A stretch of 64,000 nucleotides of DNA from the NCBI GenBank assembly GCA_031414535.1, contig JANNVQ010000030.1, forward strand, positions 32,001 to 96,000. The letters run 5' to 3'. The position numbers and the translations under genes are program-made. Below the pieces are notes generated by a model that saw only the letters and a program-made list of their open reading frames with translations, did not search any database and had not been told where the DNA came from. Every line of letters starts with the position of its first letter. The stretch's first letter is position 1. Below are positions 61,211 through 64,000 of the stretch, piece by piece. This DNA comes from Gemmatimonas sp. Its GTDB lineage: Bacteria > Gemmatimonadota > Gemmatimonadetes > Gemmatimonadales > Gemmatimonadaceae.

Positions 61211-62056
61211 GTGCGCGTCGCCCGTTTCGTTGTCCCCGCCCTGCTCCTCATTGCCGCTCCCGCCGCGTCCCTGGGCGCCCAGCAGCGAGCCATGCCACTG
61301 GAAGCCGTGCTCTCGTTGCCGCTCGACGTCACGCGGATGATTGCGCCCGGCGAGACCAAGAGTGCCGCGCTCGCGGCCAGTGATGCGATGCTCAGCGACA
61401 GTTCACACTTTGGGCGTTGGCTCTTTGAGGGCAAGCGCGGGCAACGGGTGACCGTGACGCAGCGCTCCGCGACCTTCGACACCTTCCTACACGTAGGGAA
61501 GCAGGGTGCTAGCGAGGTCGCTGCGCAGAACGACGATGCCGAGGAGACAAACTCCGAGATTTCGTACACGCTCCCTGAGGACGGTGTGTACGTCATCATC
61601 GCTGGCTCATTCGCGCCGCGCGAGACGGGTGACTACACCCTAACGCTGGCCGTGCAGGATCCCCTGCCTGGCATGACGGGCCCTGTCACGCCCGTGACTG
61701 TGCTGCTCAGGGACGTGGACCCGATGCTCCGGGTGGGCCTCGACCGTCGCATGGGCTCGCAGCTCGATGCACGCGATGCGCGCATGGATGACTCGACGCA
61801 TTACGAGCTCTGGTACTTCACAGCCAACGCGGGCGACAACATCAGCGTGGCGCTCGAAAGCGCCGAGTTCTCCGGTGCCCTGTTCGTGGGACCACAAGGC
61901 GGTCATCGAGCGGAGGCTGGCGCCGTCGGATCACGACCGCAGGTCAATTTCACGGCACAGGCCAGCGGCACCTTCGTGATTGTCGTGAAGGGGAATGGGC
62001 TCAACGACCGGGGCAGCTACATGCTCGACATCGCGAGGAAGCCGCGTATCCCCTAG
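61211..62056 (+). CDS. Exported protein with two PPC-like domains
   Basis: GGAGG RBS before GTG and a signal peptide. The first module is close to that of 56973..58241 and the second is degenerate. Confidence 0.8.
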   Translation: MRVARFVVPALLLIAAPAASLGAQQRAMPLEAVLSLPLDVTRMIAPGETKSAALAASDAMLSDSSHFGRWLFEGKRGQRVTVTQRSATFDTFLHVGKQGASEVAAQNDDAEETNSEISYTLPEDGVYVIIAGSFAPRETGDYTLTLAVQDPLPGMTGPVTPVTVLLRDVDPMLRVGLDRRMGSQLDARDARMDDSTHYELWYFTANAGDNISVALESAEFSGALFVGPQGGHRAEAGAVGSRPQVNFTAQASGTFVIVVKGNGLNDRGSYMLDIARKPRIP

Positions 62057-62727
62057 CGTGCGGCGTTGCTCGACTCGTCGCAGACCGCGAGCCCATCAAG
62101 TGAATCAACCGGTGTTCCGGGCACCCCATCCGTTCCGGTGAAAATGCGACAGCGTGGCGCGAAGTCGCGGTAGCTCGCTTCGGCGACAAACGAAGTGCTG
62201 TCGGCGCGCAGCAGCGACACGCTGACATTTGGCGAGGGCTCGAACATCAGCGAGTCCATCGTCGATGCATAGTGACCGTAATCCGAGAAGAAAGCCTCCT
62301 GCGCGGTCACGAAGTTTCGCAGGTCCGCCTTCATTGTGGCTTTGTACGCCTTCGGGTACATGTGCGGCCGATTGGACTCCGCGCCCACGACAATCATCAA
62401 GCCTAGCGCGCCCAGGACGATACTGAGCGGCGCATGTAGCACCCGTCGCAGGAGCAATGGAGATGACGGTGTAGCACCCGCGTCTTTCGGCGCGGAAAAT
62501 TGCAGCATCCTGTCGCCAGCGAGACCGTACACGAGCCCGTAGCCGGCCCAGACGACGAGAGAGGCAATCCCCAAGTCGTAGACGTCGGCGACGTCTCCCA
62601 TCCGCAGCCACGCGGCGACGAGAAACGGGAAGAGCACGCTCAGCACGCGCGCGATCAGCACGTTACGGTACCAGCCCCAACAGGGAATGAGGGCGGCCTC
62701 CCAGTTCCAGCGTCGAGGTGATTTCAT
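62053..62727 (-). CDS. Membrane protein with C-terminal pilin-like domain
   Basis: Three hydrophobic segments, then KAYKATMKADLRNFVTAQEAFFSDY and a C-terminal Cys pair. Confidence 0.6.
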   Translation of the reverse strand: MKSPRRWNWEAALIPCWGWYRNVLIARVLSVLFPFLVAAWLRMGDVADVYDLGIASLVVWAGYGLVYGLAGDRMLQFSAPKDAGATPSSPLLLRRVLHAPLSIVLGALGLMIVVGAESNRPHMYPKAYKATMKADLRNFVTAQEAFFSDYGHYASTMDSLMFEPSPNVSVSLLRADSTSFVAEASYRDFAPRCRIFTGTDGVPGTPVDSLDGLAVCDESSNAAR

Positions 62728-63507
62728 TCAGTGTGCTCCAGAAAGGAGGGTGGCCGCTGCCGACAATCCAAACCCCGCCGCGCAAGCCACGAGCTGCTTC
62801 ACAGGTAAATCCCAAGTCTTCTGCGCCTTCAGCTGCGAGACCATCACCGCGGCGCCAACAAAAAGAAACGAACCGGCCGCCACCGGAACGACCACCTCGG
62901 CAGCCTCTGCCGTGCCCTCCCCGAGCCAGAGCGTGAGCCCAGCGCCGACGAAGGCCATCATGCCACTCAGCAAGGTGAACAGCACCGCGCGCGCCGGACG
63001 CGTGCCATAGTGCACAAACACACCGAAGGTGCCCACTTCGCGGGGGAGTTCGTGCGCGAGCATCGCCATGGCCGTCGCGATACCCGGCCCCGTGCCCGCG
63101 AGGAATGCCGCCGCAATCAACGCGCCATCCACGAAATTATGCGCGGCATCGGCGCCAAAACTCACGGCCACCATCGCGGGATCATCAAAGGCCGAGATGG
63201 CCGCATCCTTCGACGGCGCTTCGTGCGCTGTGTGCTGCAAGCGGTGCAGCCAACGCTCCACGAGGTAGCTGCCCACCACGCCCGCCGCGACGCTCAAGCC
63301 CACGAAGCCCACGGCGGGATGCCGCTCATACGCCTCGGGCAACAGATGAAACACCGCCGCGCCAATCAACGCGCCCGCGCCAAAGCTCACCAGCATCGGT
63401 AGCAACCGACTCAAGGTGCGGCCGGTGCCCGCGAGCAACGCAATCACCACGAGCGGCACGCCGGTCACGGCGAGCAGGCTCAGGAAGGTCGGCATCCAAG
63501 GAATCAC
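62728..63507 (-). CDS. ZIP family metal transporter
   Basis: SFGAGAL..AVFHLLPEA, HNFVDG, HELP.E and AAGSFL motifs. Confidence 0.9.
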   Translation of the reverse strand: MIPWMPTFLSLLAVTGVPLVVIALLAGTGRTLSRLLPMLVSFGAGALIGAAVFHLLPEAYERHPAVGFVGLSVAAGVVGSYLVERWLHRLQHTAHEAPSKDAAISAFDDPAMVAVSFGADAAHNFVDGALIAAAFLAGTGPGIATAMAMLAHELPREVGTFGVFVHYGTRPARAVLFTLLSGMMAFVGAGLTLWLGEGTAEAAEVVVPVAAGSFLFVGAAVMVSQLKAQKTWDLPVKQLVACAAGFGLSAAATLLSGAH

Positions 63508-63532
63508 AGCGTGAACTTATCCGTGTCGTAGA

Positions 63533-63568
63533 GGGTCCGCTCGGGTCCGCTCGGGTCCGTTCGGGTCC
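63533..63568. repeat. Intergenic 10-bp tandem repeat (~3.6 copies)
   Basis: GGGTCCGC-TCGGGTCCGC-TCGGGTCCGT-TCGGGTCC. Confidence 0.8.
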
Positions 63569-63648
63569 AAACCCTGCCGCCGGCCCCAACCCGCAACAAT
63601 CCGGACCGGTTAGGAGTAGTTTCTCATGACCCCCCGACCCAGCTTCTA

Positions 63649-64000
63649 ATGACGCTCGATCTGCGCTACGTCCTCCGCAGCTTGGCCCGTGCCCGCGGTT
63701 TCGCCATCGCGGTGATCCTCACGCTGGGACTCGGCATTGGCGCCAACACCGCCATCTTCTCCGTGGTCAGGGGCGTGCTCCTCAAGCCACTGCCTCACCG
63801 CGACGGCGAGCGCCTGCTCTACCTGCGCCACTCCGTCCAGGCCACCGGCGTGGACATCGCGTTCTCGGTGCCGGAGATCAACGACTTCCGCCGCGAGTCG
63901 CGCACGCTCGAGCAAATCGCTGAGTACTCGCCGATTACGCTCAACTTCGTGGACGAGAGCAACGCCTCGCAGATTGACGTCGGCCTCGTCACCGGCAACT
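63649..64000 (+). CDS. ABC transporter permease (ADOP/MacB-FtsX-like), 5' part only
   Basis: Absent from the ORF track. Manual translation gives MTLDLRYVLRSLARARGFAIAVILTLGLGIGANTAIFSVVRGVLLKPLP. Confidence 0.9.
   Translation, partial: MTLDLRYVLRSLARARGFAIAVILTLGLGIGANTAIFSVVRGVLLKPLPHRDGERLLYLRHSVQATGVDIAFSVPEINDFRRESRTLEQIAEYSPITLNFVDESNASQIDVGLVTGN

Overview
This is a GC-rich bacterial chromosomal window with dense coding sequence. Its gene content suggests Gemmatimonadota (SusC/SusD pair, carboxypeptidase-regulatory/plug proteins, ADOP permease, pilin-like motif); this taxonomy is an inference. (1) 1-19.5 kb holds a partial zwf and a beta-glucan (laminarin-type) utilisation locus: a GH-A hydrolase fused to a beta-barrel-like domain, two GH3 enzymes, an MFS transporter, a GH16, a ROK repressor with two matching palindromic operators, two glycan-binding-type lipoproteins and an adjacent susC/susD pair. 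(2) 19.7-45 kb is a mix of housekeeping and accessory genes, including katG, a Listeria-ClpP1-like clpP, argG and an M14 peptidase. (3) 45-62 kb is the most unusual region: two divergent operons whose products all appear exported. They encode two caspase-fold proteases with intact His/Cys dyads, a catalytically dead caspase lipoprotein, an M48-TPR metalloprotease, two unknown proteins and 13 PPC-like modules spread over four proteins, with recurring [ST]RG/GKG motifs in linkers. This is a candidate extracytoplasmic caspase cascade. No tRNA, rRNA, CRISPR array or mobile element was seen. Family assignments come from motif recognition, not database searches.
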